Assembly: GCA_965242725.1 (NCBI GenBank)
Contig: CBDESZ010000027.1
Coordinates: 59,922-123,921 of the forward strand
Length of the DNA stretch: 64,000 nucleotides
Source of the DNA: Alkalispirochaeta sp.
Lineage (GTDB): Bacteria; Spirochaetota; Spirochaetia; DSM-27196; Alkalispirochaetaceae
Direction: 5' to 3'
The position numbers and the translations under genes were made by a program. The notes beneath the pieces were generated by a model, which worked only from the letters and a program-made list of their open reading frames with translations, had not been told where the DNA came from and searched no databases. This document shows positions 49,674 through 59,169 of the stretch, one piece after another (within the stretch, counting starts at the first letter, position 1; each line of letters begins with the position of its first letter).

Positions 49674-50618
49674 TTACAGCCCCCGCAGCAACGTCTCCAG
49701 GGCGTCTGCACTTTCGTAGAGGGCAACATTTCCCTCCGGCCAGGTATGGCCCTCTATGTTGTAACCGTCGTCGGCGAAGAGAACATTACCCGTAAGGTGA
49801 CGCTGGGGCACACACATGGCGAGGAGCGTCTCTGCAACTCCCTCGGGTGAGGCAAATTTCTTGGTTGGGGTGTGGGACAGGATGCTCTTCGCCCGCGGCA
49901 GCGCTTCACCCTCGTCGTTATAGAGCAGCGAGTGATTCAAGCCGGTGACGACGGTGCCCGGTGCGATTCCGTTGACCCGGACACCGTACGGCGCGAGCTG
50001 TGCCGCCGCCGTCCTGACAATTCCCTCAACGCCGTGCTTTGACGCGTTGTATGCGTAGCTGCCGTACAGGGCGGCGCGGCTGCCGTTGCTGCAGAGGTGA
50101 ATGATGTGTCCCTTCCGTCGGGGGACCATCGTCCGCGCCGCCGCGATGGTGAAGGCAAACGCACCGGCGAGATTTACCTCCGCCACCCGTCGAAAATCTT
50201 CCATGAGCGCATGTGGATCGTCCGATACGAGGTCAAACGGGCGGTGATGAACACCGGCAAAGTCCACCGCTATGTCGACGGCGCCGAAACGGGCGACGGC
50301 GGCGTCAAAGACGGCAATTGTATCTTCCACATCGGTAACGTCGGCGAGACAGAGCCGTGGTTTCCGGCCCTCTCCGCCGGTGCCGATGTCGGCCGCCACT
50401 GCCTGCAGCTTTTGCGCCGCCGGCGATGAGTCGATGTGCTCTCCGTCATCTCGGTCCGCCAGTACGAGATGTGCCCCCGCGGCGGAGGCCCCGACGGCAA
50501 ATACCGACGCAAGCGTACCGGCGGCTCCAAAGACGACGATCGTCTTGCCAGACAGGTCGACTCCGACATGAGGGGCACCGGATTCTGTCGATCCCTTCGA
50601 ATGTTCAATCTCCCGCAT
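49674..50618 (-). CDS. SDR-family oxidoreductase
   Basis: YNASK catalytic motif, VNL, GVRVNGIAPG. Confidence 0.88.
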   Translation of the reverse strand: MREIEHSKGSTESGAPHVGVDLSGKTIVVFGAAGTLASVFAVGASAAGAHLVLADRDDGEHIDSSPAAQKLQAVAADIGTGGEGRKPRLCLADVTDVEDTIAVFDAAVARFGAVDIAVDFAGVHHRPFDLVSDDPHALMEDFRRVAEVNLAGAFAFTIAAARTMVPRRKGHIIHLCSNGSRAALYGSYAYNASKHGVEGIVRTAAAQLAPYGVRVNGIAPGTVVTGLNHSLLYNDEGEALPRAKSILSHTPTKKFASPEGVAETLLAMCVPQRHLTGNVLFADDGYNIEGHTWPEGNVALYESADALETLLRGL

Positions 50619-50626
50619 TCTGACTC

Positions 50627-51787
50627 CTAATGTACGCGAAAGGTATCCATCGCCTCGCCGGTTGGCGTCGTTCCGGCACCCGGCTGCCGGGGAAGGACAA
50701 ATGACCCCTCTTCCACCCGGGCCGCCTCTTCAAATGCGTGACCGATCCATGGGATATACTCAAGTATTGTGTGATGACCCAGGGCGAATGCGAGATGGAC
50801 ATGCACCTGGCTCATCTCCCCGGCGTGACCGGCGACGGGCAATCCGGATTCCCGGGCGTAGTCGGCGGCCCTGAGAAAACCGCTGATACCACCGATTCGC
50901 GTCACATCAGGTTGCACGTAGTGAACCGCCCGGCGACGCATAAACTGGGCCATCTCCCGGGAGGTGTAGATCTGTTCACCCAGCGCGATGGGAAGATCCG
51001 TCGTTGCCGCGAGGGTCGCGTGGGATTCTATGTCGTCGTGCCATAACGGTTCCTCTATCCAGAGCAGATCCATATCACGAACCTGCCTGGCAAAGCGTTG
51101 CGCCTCAGGCAGGTCCCACCGCCCGTTGGCGTCGACCGCGACGATCGTCTCGGAACCTGCCACGTCGCGGACGCTCTCGACCCGGGCGATGTCGTCGCTG
51201 AGGCGCGGAGAACCGACCTTGATTTTTACCGCGGTGAATCCTTCATCGATAGCGCGTTTCACGTTTTCCTTCAGTTGCCGCCTGGAAAAGCTGAGCCAGC
51301 CGATATCGGTGTTGTACGCGACAACATTGTCCCGGACGGGCCCGCCCAGCAGCCTGTACAACGGCTCGTTCCTTCGTTTCGCATAGAGATCCCACAGGGC
51401 GACATCGACGGCACTGAGGGCCAGCTGAAGGATTCCCCCGCGGCCGACCCACTGCAGCGGGGGGTACGTAAAGAGGCGGTCCGAGATCGCCGGCGGCCAC
51501 CCGTCGGCGATTTCCGCAAAGGGACCGTCGCTCTCGACAGTGGCGGAGCCTGAACGCCCTCCCTTTCCGAGGAGGAGAGGGCCATAATTGTGGTCAATTG
51601 CATTGGCGATCAGCCGGTCACTCGGGAGATGGGCGTGGGTTCCGGTAAACCCGTACCCCGTAACACCGTCGTCACCGGTGATTTTGGCACCCACAACACC
51701 CCAGTGGGATATTGCGTGAGTACTGTCTGCGATATGCATTCCCGTCACGGGAACGTGGAGGATGAAGGATTCTACTGAAGCTATCAT
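50627..51787 (-). CDS. Mandelate racemase / muconate lactonizing enzyme family (probable acid-sugar dehydratase)
   Basis: DVALWDL, KIKVG, VDAN, WIEEP, GEQ, QPD. Confidence 0.9.
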   Translation of the reverse strand: MIASVESFILHVPVTGMHIADSTHAISHWGVVGAKITGDDGVTGYGFTGTHAHLPSDRLIANAIDHNYGPLLLGKGGRSGSATVESDGPFAEIADGWPPAISDRLFTYPPLQWVGRGGILQLALSAVDVALWDLYAKRRNEPLYRLLGGPVRDNVVAYNTDIGWLSFSRRQLKENVKRAIDEGFTAVKIKVGSPRLSDDIARVESVRDVAGSETIVAVDANGRWDLPEAQRFARQVRDMDLLWIEEPLWHDDIESHATLAATTDLPIALGEQIYTSREMAQFMRRRAVHYVQPDVTRIGGISGFLRAADYARESGLPVAGHAGEMSQVHVHLAFALGHHTILEYIPWIGHAFEEAARVEEGSFVLPRQPGAGTTPTGEAMDTFRVH

Positions 51788-51848
51788 GATGGCGCCAGCA
51801 TACCACAAATGCCGTTGAGCGTGTGAGCAATTCGCGATATGGTACAGC

Positions 51849-52217
51849 ATGATGATGATGTTTCCCGGTCACGGGTTTTTCTTTGCCGGCGCCCTCCCCT
51901 TCTTCCTGCTTGTCGGTGCGGGAGTCGCAACGTGGTATGTCGTCCGGCGCTCTCGCACGTCCCATGAGACGGGAGTCCAACGATCCGGCAGTGGGTACCC
52001 ACAGGTGAAGAGACCGGCACAGTCTGATATTTATCGCCTTGCCAAACGTTACAATGGAATTCTGACGGTTACGACGGTGGTCATTGAACTGAATATCGAA
52101 CCGGCGATGGCTGAGGAGCTTCTTCAGGAGGCGGTTGACGGGATTCGAGTCCATATGGATGTCGGAAGCGATGGCACGGTAAAGTACCGTTTTTCGGAAA
52201 TCATCGACAACGGGTGA
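51849..52217 (+). CDS. Hypothetical membrane-anchored protein
   Basis: One hydrophobic segment and a small C-terminal domain; promoter-like TTGAGC-17-TATGGT directly upstream. Confidence 0.65.
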   Translation: MMMMFPGHGFFFAGALPFFLLVGAGVATWYVVRRSRTSHETGVQRSGSGYPQVKRPAQSDIYRLAKRYNGILTVTTVVIELNIEPAMAEELLQEAVDGIRVHMDVGSDGTVKYRFSEIIDNG

Positions 52218-52229
52218 TGGTCGGGGCCG

Positions 52230-52514
52230 TTAAATCATCACTTTCTTGTTGATTTCCTGAAAGTCGCTCGACACCAGTCGCTCGAGATCGGCGATGGCCG
52301 CATCCTCTTCCGCTCCTTCAGCGGTAATACGAATTTCCGTACCCTGGGATACATTGAGAAGAATGACCTTGATGATGTTTTTGGCGTCCGCCGACCGATC
52401 ACCTTTCTGCACCATGATCCGGGCGTCATAGAGTTTTGCCGTACGGACAAACAGGTCGGCAGGCCGTGAATGGAGTCCCGTCTCATTTGTTACCGTGATT
52501 GTCGTCTCTTTCAT
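52230..52514 (-). CDS. ptsH: HPr-family phosphocarrier protein
   Basis: GLHSRPA with His15. Confidence 0.92.
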   Translation of the reverse strand: MKETTITVTNETGLHSRPADLFVRTAKLYDARIMVQKGDRSADAKNIIKVILLNVSQGTEIRITAEGAEEDAAIADLERLVSSDFQEINKKVMI

Positions 52515-54295
52515 ACCTCACCTTTCAAGGGGAGCCTCCGTGCGAGGATGTCCTTCACCGTCTCCTCACTGTCAGCCGACCTGACCTCTTCTGCGAGCAT
52601 CCGGGCGTCGCGATAGGACGTTCTCCTGATGACGTATATCGCCTCGGCAATAGACTGGAAGTTCATACTCAATTCGTCAACTCCCAGCCCTACCAGCACC
52701 GGTATCGCCGCTGCCATACCTCCCAGTTCGCCACAGACACCGACCCAGCGATTGTGAAAATGGGCCGCCTCGATCACCTGTCCAACCGCCCGAAAAACGG
52801 CGGGGTGAAAGAGCTGATAGTACTCCTCCACGTGATCGTTCATTCGGTCCGCGGCGAGGAGATATTGGGTGAGATCGTTGGTGCCGATACTCAGAAAATC
52901 AACGAGCTCGGCAAGTTCATGGACCATGTAGACCGCCGAGGGAACCTCGATCATCGCGCCCCATTCAACGTCTGTGCCGACGGAATATCCCTCCCGACGG
53001 AGATCATCCTCCACTTTTTTTGCGACGGAGAGTACACGACGCATTTCATTGGGACCTGAAATCATGGGAAAGAGAATTTTCACGTGGCCGTATGAAGAGG
53101 CCCGCAACGCCGCCCGCAACTGCGTCTGCAGCAGTTCACTCCTGGCAAGGGAAATTCGCACTCCCCGATAGCCGAGAAAGGGATTTTTCTCACCGGGGAT
53201 GGTGATGCCCGGGACCGGCTTGTCCGCACCGGCATCGAGGGTGCGTAAAACCACATATCCTTCGGGAAAGGTCTCCACCGCCCGGCGGTAGGCGGTGAAC
53301 TGCCGCTCCTCATCCATCTGTCCCGCGGAATCGACAAAGAGAAACTCGCTCCGGAAGAGACCGACGCTGGGTGCCCCGTTGTCTCTGGCACGGGCAAGCT
53401 CGTCGACGGAGCTGACGTTGGCCGCCACGGATACCCGCCTGCCGTCGGTGGTGACGCCCAGGAAGTTCCGTTCCCGGGTATAGGCGAATCTGCGGAGACG
53501 GAATTGTTCTTTTCGGTGGTCCAGGCGCTTTCGCTGTTCCGGCGACGGCCGGACGTGAACGGATGCCGTCGCGGTTGTATCGGTGTCGACGTAGAGGTCA
53601 TCACCGGTATGGATCAGCCTGGTGGCGTCCCTGACCGCAATCGCCGCAGGGATTCCGAGATTTCGTGCGAGTATCGCCACATGGGAGGTAATTCCTCCCC
53701 GTTCCGTGACGATCGCCGCAACGTTTTCCCGCTGAAGGGCGATCGTATCGGAAGGATACAACTCCGATGCAACAATAATGCTGTCCGGCGGGATACGGGA
53801 AAGGGCGTGTTCTTCACCGCCGGCGAGTATTCTGGATATGCGGAAGAGGAGATCTTCCAGATCACCTTTGCGTTCACGATCGACCGATTCTTCGTCCAGG
53901 GCCGCAAACATTTCGATGTACGACGAAAAGACCTGTTGAACCGCCGTATCGGCGCATATGGACTCGGCAGATATCCGTTGCCGAATCTCCCCCACGAGGG
54001 TCTCATCTTCAAGCATCGTCTGTTGAACCCGGAAAATGTGAACACCATCGGTACCGATCTCTCCACGGCTCCGATTCTGCAAATGCTGAAGTTCATCAAT
54101 GGCTCGATCTATTGCAAAAACGAGCCGCTCCAGCTCCGCTTCGGCGGTGTCGGTACACCGCCTTTCAACTGCCGCCACCGGCCGACGGGCGAATACGAAG
54201 GCGCAGCCGTCGACCACTCCCGCCGACGCCGAGACGCCGGTAAGGACCACGGGAGGCCGTGTGGTGTTGTCGCCTTCAGGTATGTGCCTGCTCAA
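52511..54295 (-). CDS. ptsI: Phosphoenolpyruvate-protein phosphotransferase (Enzyme I)
   Basis: GGITSHVAILAR, GLFRSEF, NPFLGYRG, SIGTNDLTQY, GVCGE. Confidence 0.95.
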   Translation of the reverse strand: MSRHIPEGDNTTRPPVVLTGVSASAGVVDGCAFVFARRPVAAVERRCTDTAEAELERLVFAIDRAIDELQHLQNRSRGEIGTDGVHIFRVQQTMLEDETLVGEIRQRISAESICADTAVQQVFSSYIEMFAALDEESVDRERKGDLEDLLFRISRILAGGEEHALSRIPPDSIIVASELYPSDTIALQRENVAAIVTERGGITSHVAILARNLGIPAAIAVRDATRLIHTGDDLYVDTDTTATASVHVRPSPEQRKRLDHRKEQFRLRRFAYTRERNFLGVTTDGRRVSVAANVSSVDELARARDNGAPSVGLFRSEFLFVDSAGQMDEERQFTAYRRAVETFPEGYVVLRTLDAGADKPVPGITIPGEKNPFLGYRGVRISLARSELLQTQLRAALRASSYGHVKILFPMISGPNEMRRVLSVAKKVEDDLRREGYSVGTDVEWGAMIEVPSAVYMVHELAELVDFLSIGTNDLTQYLLAADRMNDHVEEYYQLFHPAVFRAVGQVIEAAHFHNRWVGVCGELGGMAAAIPVLVGLGVDELSMNFQSIAEAIYVIRRTSYRDARMLAEEVRSADSEETVKDILARRLPLKGEV

Positions 54296-54776
54296 CCTGT
54301 TCCCTCAGTATGTGATAAATCGTGTCCCCTCCGTCGGCGTGGACTATTTTTTCCAGAATTCCCTTGTCCTGGTACACCGTAATGAGTGTTTCCAGAAGAT
54401 CTCCGATGCATCCTTTTTCGCGGAGGGCGAACATCGAGATCATCGACACCGATAGTGTTGTTTTCGGATCTCCCATGGAGCGAAAGGCGACCGGCCGTCG
54501 CAAACGGGCAAAGACGAGGGCCGACCGGTGCACGTGATACGCATCGGCATGGGGAATGGCGATCTTGTATCCCTCCATGGGCAGCGCCGAAGGATGAAGA
54601 CGCTCCCGTTCCAGAATCGCCGACACAAAGGAGGGGCGGCAGAATCCCTGTTCCACGAGGATCGTCGCCATTGCGGTGAGCGCCGTGTCGCGGTCGGTAA
54701 ATTTCGCGTCGGGCAGAATGAGTTCCTTCCGGACGAGGTCGTGAAAATGGAGCGGCCGGCTATCCATCGTGTTCAT
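54276..54776 (-). CDS. PTS sugar transporter subunit IIA (Gat/Fru type)
   Basis: ERE...P, IAIPHAD. Confidence 0.9.
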   Translation of the reverse strand: MNTMDSRPLHFHDLVRKELILPDAKFTDRDTALTAMATILVEQGFCRPSFVSAILERERLHPSALPMEGYKIAIPHADAYHVHRSALVFARLRRPVAFRSMGDPKTTLSVSMISMFALREKGCIGDLLETLITVYQDKGILEKIVHADGGDTIYHILREQVEQAHT

Positions 54777-56175
54777 CCGCATTGTCTCCCTGGTATCCGG
54801 CGGCGCGTTCCCACGCCCGGGGGTGTCTTTTATACATCCACCACGCCGCGACGAGGAGCAGGAATATTACCGAGTTTCCGAGCCAGAAGTTGCTTGTTGC
54901 CCAGTAAAAGGCACCGGCAATCACGTTGCCCCCGTCGCCGAGGCTGGTGATGGTGGTCACCCCTTCGGGAAAGCTGAAACCTGCCGCCCGCGCAACGGCG
55001 GTCTGTCCCTCCGCAAGGGCGTTCATGATATACAGTGTGGGAACCATGACGACCGCGCCGGTGATGGTTGCGCGCACCACATTGCCCCGGACGATCGGGA
55101 CCATGAGGGCGACCACAAAGGGCATCGTCACGAGGTCTCCAAAGGGCAGAACCTTGTTGCCCGGCAGAATCACCGCGAGAATGAGGGTGATCGGTACCAT
55201 GAGCAGTGCCGTCGCAATTGCCGTGGGATGACCGATTGCCACGGCGGAATCGAGGCCGAGATAAACCTCCCGTCCTGCGGAACGGCGGCGAAGAAAATCC
55301 CTCGCCGCCTCCGAGAGGGGGATCAGACCCTCCATAAGTACCGATACGACCCGCGGCATGAGTACCATCACCGCCGCCATTGAAATTCCGACCTCCAGGA
55401 CCCGGGGCAACCAATCGGCGGCGGCGCCGTCGCCGGCGTATCCGAAGAGGGCAATGACGAGTCCGATGGCGGCACCCAATACCACCGGTTCACCGAAGAC
55501 ACCGAAGCGGCGCTTCACCGTCTCCGGATCGGCTTCCACCTTGTTCAGTTTGGGTATGGAATCGATGATACGATTGGCGACGAAGGCAAAGGGAACAAAG
55601 GAGGCGGAGAGGCCATGAGGTACGGAAATTCCCGGCATTCCGAGAAGTTCCTGAATTGCCGGTGCCGTCACGTCCGCCACAAAGAGGACAATTGCGGCAA
55701 AGAGAAGGGATGATACGAGTCCATACCACATATTTCCCGTTGCCGCCTGAACCATTGCGCCTACAAAGGCGAAGTGCCAGAAATTCCAGATGTCGATATT
55801 GATCGTCCGCGTCACTTTCCCGAGGAGGAGGAGCAGGTTGAGAAGTATGACCGCGGGAATGATGATCGCCACCATGTCGGAACCGAAGGCGATCGCCGCC
55901 GATGCAGGCCACCCCACGTCTATGATCGAAAGTTCAATGCCGAAACGACGTACCATCGCTTCAGAAGCGGGACCAAGGGTATTTACCAGAAGCTCAAGGA
56001 CAAGCTCGATACCCATGAACCCGACGCCCACGAGGAGTGCCGCCCTGGTGGCCCTCCTCTTCTGTGCACCCAGGGCGACGGAAAAAAGCCATATGGGAAG
56101 CGGCAGGAAAACGCTGGGACCGAGATCAAGAAAGAAATGGACGATTTCCCCGAAACTCTGCATAGGCGCCGTCAC
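54760..56175 (-). CDS. PTS galactitol-family subunit IIC
   Basis: IDVGWP, IDIWNFWH, MEGLIPLSE, GLD, PGNKVLPFGDL. Confidence 0.9.
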   Translation of the reverse strand: MTAPMQSFGEIVHFFLDLGPSVFLPLPIWLFSVALGAQKRRATRAALLVGVGFMGIELVLELLVNTLGPASEAMVRRFGIELSIIDVGWPASAAIAFGSDMVAIIIPAVILLNLLLLLGKVTRTINIDIWNFWHFAFVGAMVQAATGNMWYGLVSSLLFAAIVLFVADVTAPAIQELLGMPGISVPHGLSASFVPFAFVANRIIDSIPKLNKVEADPETVKRRFGVFGEPVVLGAAIGLVIALFGYAGDGAAADWLPRVLEVGISMAAVMVLMPRVVSVLMEGLIPLSEAARDFLRRRSAGREVYLGLDSAVAIGHPTAIATALLMVPITLILAVILPGNKVLPFGDLVTMPFVVALMVPIVRGNVVRATITGAVVMVPTLYIMNALAEGQTAVARAAGFSFPEGVTTITSLGDGGNVIAGAFYWATSNFWLGNSVIFLLLVAAWWMYKRHPRAWERAAGYQGDNADEHDG

Positions 56176-56189
56176 TCTCCGCTGTCTGC

Positions 56190-56217
56190 ATTGTACACAT
56201 CATCGGTCGAAAAGCAA
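56190..56217 (-). promoter_or_regulatory. Sigma70-type promoter of the PTS operon
   Basis: TTGCTT-16 nt-TACAAT just upstream of the IIC gene. Confidence 0.5.
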
Positions 56218-56347
56218 CCGACGGCACGTCACGCCGAGCCGGTCTGTTCCGCCCGGTGGCTGCGGAGCATAATCCCGGCAGAACGTTCGTTCGATTATCG
56301 GAGACTGTATTGTGTCGAAAAGGCGGTCTGTATTACCGTTTGGTGAT

Positions 56348-57709
56348 ATGTACAATACGGTCGACGAAGTCTACACGACGGTTACACAAAAAAACCCGGG
56401 AGAAGCGGAATTCCACCAGGCGGTTCACGAAGTGTTTCACTCGCTTGAACACGTGGTGGACTCATATCCAGCCTTTCGATATCACAAGATTCTGGATCGC
56501 ATGGTTGAACCGGAACGTATGGTCACCTTCCGAGTTCCTTGGGTTGACGACTCGGAAGAGCTGCACATCAACCGCGGTTTCCGCGTGGAAATGAACAGCG
56601 CCCTCGGTCCCTACAAGGGGGGATTGCGATTTCACGCATCCGTAAATACGAGCGTCATGAAATTCCTCGCCTTTGAGCAGGTCTTCAAGAACAGCCTCAC
56701 CGGACTGAGCCTGGGCGGAGGGAAAGGCGGTTCCGATTTTGATCCAAAGGGCAAGAGCGACCTTGAGGTGATGCGATTCTGTCAGAGTTTCATGACCGAA
56801 CTCTACCGACACATCGGAGAAAATACCGATGTCCCCGCCGGGGATATCGGTGTAGGCGCACGGGAGATCGGATATCTCTTTGGCCAGTACAAGCGCATCA
56901 GGAACCAATTCACCGGCGTCCTCACCGGTAAGGGTCTCGAATGGGGGGGATCACATATCCGGCCCGAAGCGACGGGGTACGGCGTGATCTACTTTTCCCA
57001 GTTCATGATGGGGACGCGGAAAGATACGCTGGAAGGCAAACGGTGTCTCGTCTCGGGATCGGGGAACGTGGCTATTTTCACCGCCGAGAAACTCATCGAT
57101 CTGGGCGCACAGGTCGTCACCTTTTCCGATTCCAACGGCTTTATCCATGACCCCAACGGTATCGACCGGGAAAAGCTTGAGTTTGTAAAACAGCTGAAGA
57201 TATATCGTCGGGGACGCATCGCCGAGTACATCGAGACGTATACGGACGCCCACTACTATCCGGTGGAGCCCGAGCGCGATCACAATCCGCTGTGGGAAAT
57301 TCCCGCGGACTGCGCCTTTCCCAGCGCCACCCAGAACGAAATCAATGAAAAGGATGCGCGACATCTCCTGGAAAATGGGATTTCACTGGTCGCCGAAGGC
57401 GCAAATATGCCCACCACGGAATCGGGCGTTGAGCTCTTTCTCGATAAGGGCATCCTCTACGGTCCCGCCAAGGCGACAAACGCGGGAGGTGTCGCCGTCT
57501 CGGGCCTTGAAATGGCACAGAACAGTGCCCGTCAGCGATGGGACCGCTCCAAGGTTGACAGCGAGCTCAGGGTGATCATGAAGCGCATCCACGATCTGAC
57601 CCTGCACAGTTCCGAGCGCTACAGTACCAAGGGGAACTACGTGGACGGGGCGAATATCGCCGGATTTGTCCGCGTCGCCGAAGCGATGATCGATCAGGGG
57701 TACGTGTAG
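56348..57709 (+). CDS. gdhA: NADP-specific glutamate dehydrogenase
   Basis: GPYKGGLRF, GGGKGGSDF, DVPAGDIGVG, RPEATGYG, GSGNVA. Confidence 0.96.
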   Translation: MYNTVDEVYTTVTQKNPGEAEFHQAVHEVFHSLEHVVDSYPAFRYHKILDRMVEPERMVTFRVPWVDDSEELHINRGFRVEMNSALGPYKGGLRFHASVNTSVMKFLAFEQVFKNSLTGLSLGGGKGGSDFDPKGKSDLEVMRFCQSFMTELYRHIGENTDVPAGDIGVGAREIGYLFGQYKRIRNQFTGVLTGKGLEWGGSHIRPEATGYGVIYFSQFMMGTRKDTLEGKRCLVSGSGNVAIFTAEKLIDLGAQVVTFSDSNGFIHDPNGIDREKLEFVKQLKIYRRGRIAEYIETYTDAHYYPVEPERDHNPLWEIPADCAFPSATQNEINEKDARHLLENGISLVAEGANMPTTESGVELFLDKGILYGPAKATNAGGVAVSGLEMAQNSARQRWDRSKVDSELRVIMKRIHDLTLHSSERYSTKGNYVDGANIAGFVRVAEAMIDQGYV

Positions 57710-57761
57710 CGGCAGTCGCATTTTCCGGCGCGACCGGGCGGTCGCGCCTCACGCGCCGTCG

Positions 57762-59012
57762 TCACGGGGATTCAAAGAGGAGCGAACAGTTCTGTCCTCC
57801 GAATCCGAAGGAGTTTGAAATCGCCGCGATCCTCCGATCACGGGGCAACTCCCGGGACGTGTTGGGGACGTAGTCAAGGTCACAGTCGGGATCGGGATTC
57901 TCATAGTTGATCGTCGGCGGCAGTACCCGGTGCAGCACCGTAAGGACCGTCGCCGCCGCCTCTATCGCTCCCGCCGCGCCGAGGGTGTGACCGATCATCG
58001 ACTTGTTTGAACTCACCGCCAATCGTGACGAGTGGGAACCAAAGGCTTTTTTTATTGCCAGCGTCTCGGTACGGTCGTTTGCGCCCGTGGAGGTGCCGTG
58101 GGCGTTGATATAGGCGATATCTTCCGGTGCAAGACCGCCGTCGGCAACGGCGTGTGACATTGCCGCCGCGGCGGACGCTCCGTCAGGCTCCGGAATGGCG
58201 ACGCTGTGGGCGTCGGCGGTCATACCGACCCCCGTCAGATAGGCGAGTATTTCCGCGCCCCTCGCTTTTGCGTCATCTTCCCGCTCCATGACGAGAACGG
58301 CGCCACCTTCCCCGATGAGGAATCCGTCACGGTCGCGGTCAAAGGGACGGGACGCCTTCGTCGGCGCATCGTTGCGGGACGTCAGAACACCCATGCAGCC
58401 GTAGGCGTTCACGGTCAGGGGTGTGATCGCCGCTTCCGCCCCGCCGGCAATCATGACGTCGGCCCGGCCCGTCTGGAGGAGCATCGCCGCCAGGGCAATT
58501 GCATGCGCCCCGGATGCACACGCCGTAGCGATCCCCAGATTAGGCCCTGTCAGTCCAAGGTCGATGGAAACGTTGGCGGAAGACATATTGGGAATGATCA
58601 TCGGAACCGCCAGGGGATGGCCGAATCCGGGCCCCTTGTCAAGGAGCTTCCGGTGCTGTTCTTCCATGTTGACATAATCTCCCGCGGCGGTACCTATCAC
58701 CGTCCCGATGCGGCTGCGCTCCTCGGCGGAGATCTCCTGCAACTCAAGTCGAGCCTGCTCCACCGCCTGCCTGGCAGCGGACGCGGCCATTTGGGAGAAA
58801 CGTGCCATCCTGCGGGCCCGTTTCCGGGAAATCCACGTTTCGGGATCAAAATCCCGCACTTCAGCGGCGACCCTGCTCTTGAAACCCGCCGTATCGAAGG
58901 TGGATATCGCCGCACCCCCGGAACGACCGCGAGTCAGCCCGTCCCAGAAGTCCGCCGTAGACGTTCCGATCGACGAGACCACACCCAATCCTGTAATCGC
59001 GATTCGCTCCAT
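57762..59012 (-). CDS. fabF: Beta-ketoacyl-ACP synthase II
   Basis: TACASG, NAHGTST, KSMIGH, SNSFGFGG. Confidence 0.94.
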   Translation of the reverse strand: MERIAITGLGVVSSIGTSTADFWDGLTRGRSGGAAISTFDTAGFKSRVAAEVRDFDPETWISRKRARRMARFSQMAASAARQAVEQARLELQEISAEERSRIGTVIGTAAGDYVNMEEQHRKLLDKGPGFGHPLAVPMIIPNMSSANVSIDLGLTGPNLGIATACASGAHAIALAAMLLQTGRADVMIAGGAEAAITPLTVNAYGCMGVLTSRNDAPTKASRPFDRDRDGFLIGEGGAVLVMEREDDAKARGAEILAYLTGVGMTADAHSVAIPEPDGASAAAAMSHAVADGGLAPEDIAYINAHGTSTGANDRTETLAIKKAFGSHSSRLAVSSNKSMIGHTLGAAGAIEAAATVLTVLHRVLPPTINYENPDPDCDLDYVPNTSRELPRDRRIAAISNSFGFGGQNCSLLFESP

Positions 59013-59169
59013 TTCCCTTCCTCCTGGACGATTTTATCGGTCGCGGACCGATTTTTTCTATCATTGTAGGATCATAGTTCTTCGTCAAGATCTTTGGCCT
59101 ATGAATCTTCCCCGATCTGTGCAACAATGGTTTATCGGTCACGAACCGAAATAATCATTGGAGTTGAAT

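Noticed and set aside
56176..56347. Riboswitch between the PTS operon and gdhA
   Set aside because: Small hairpins are present but no recognisable aptamer consensus or terminator
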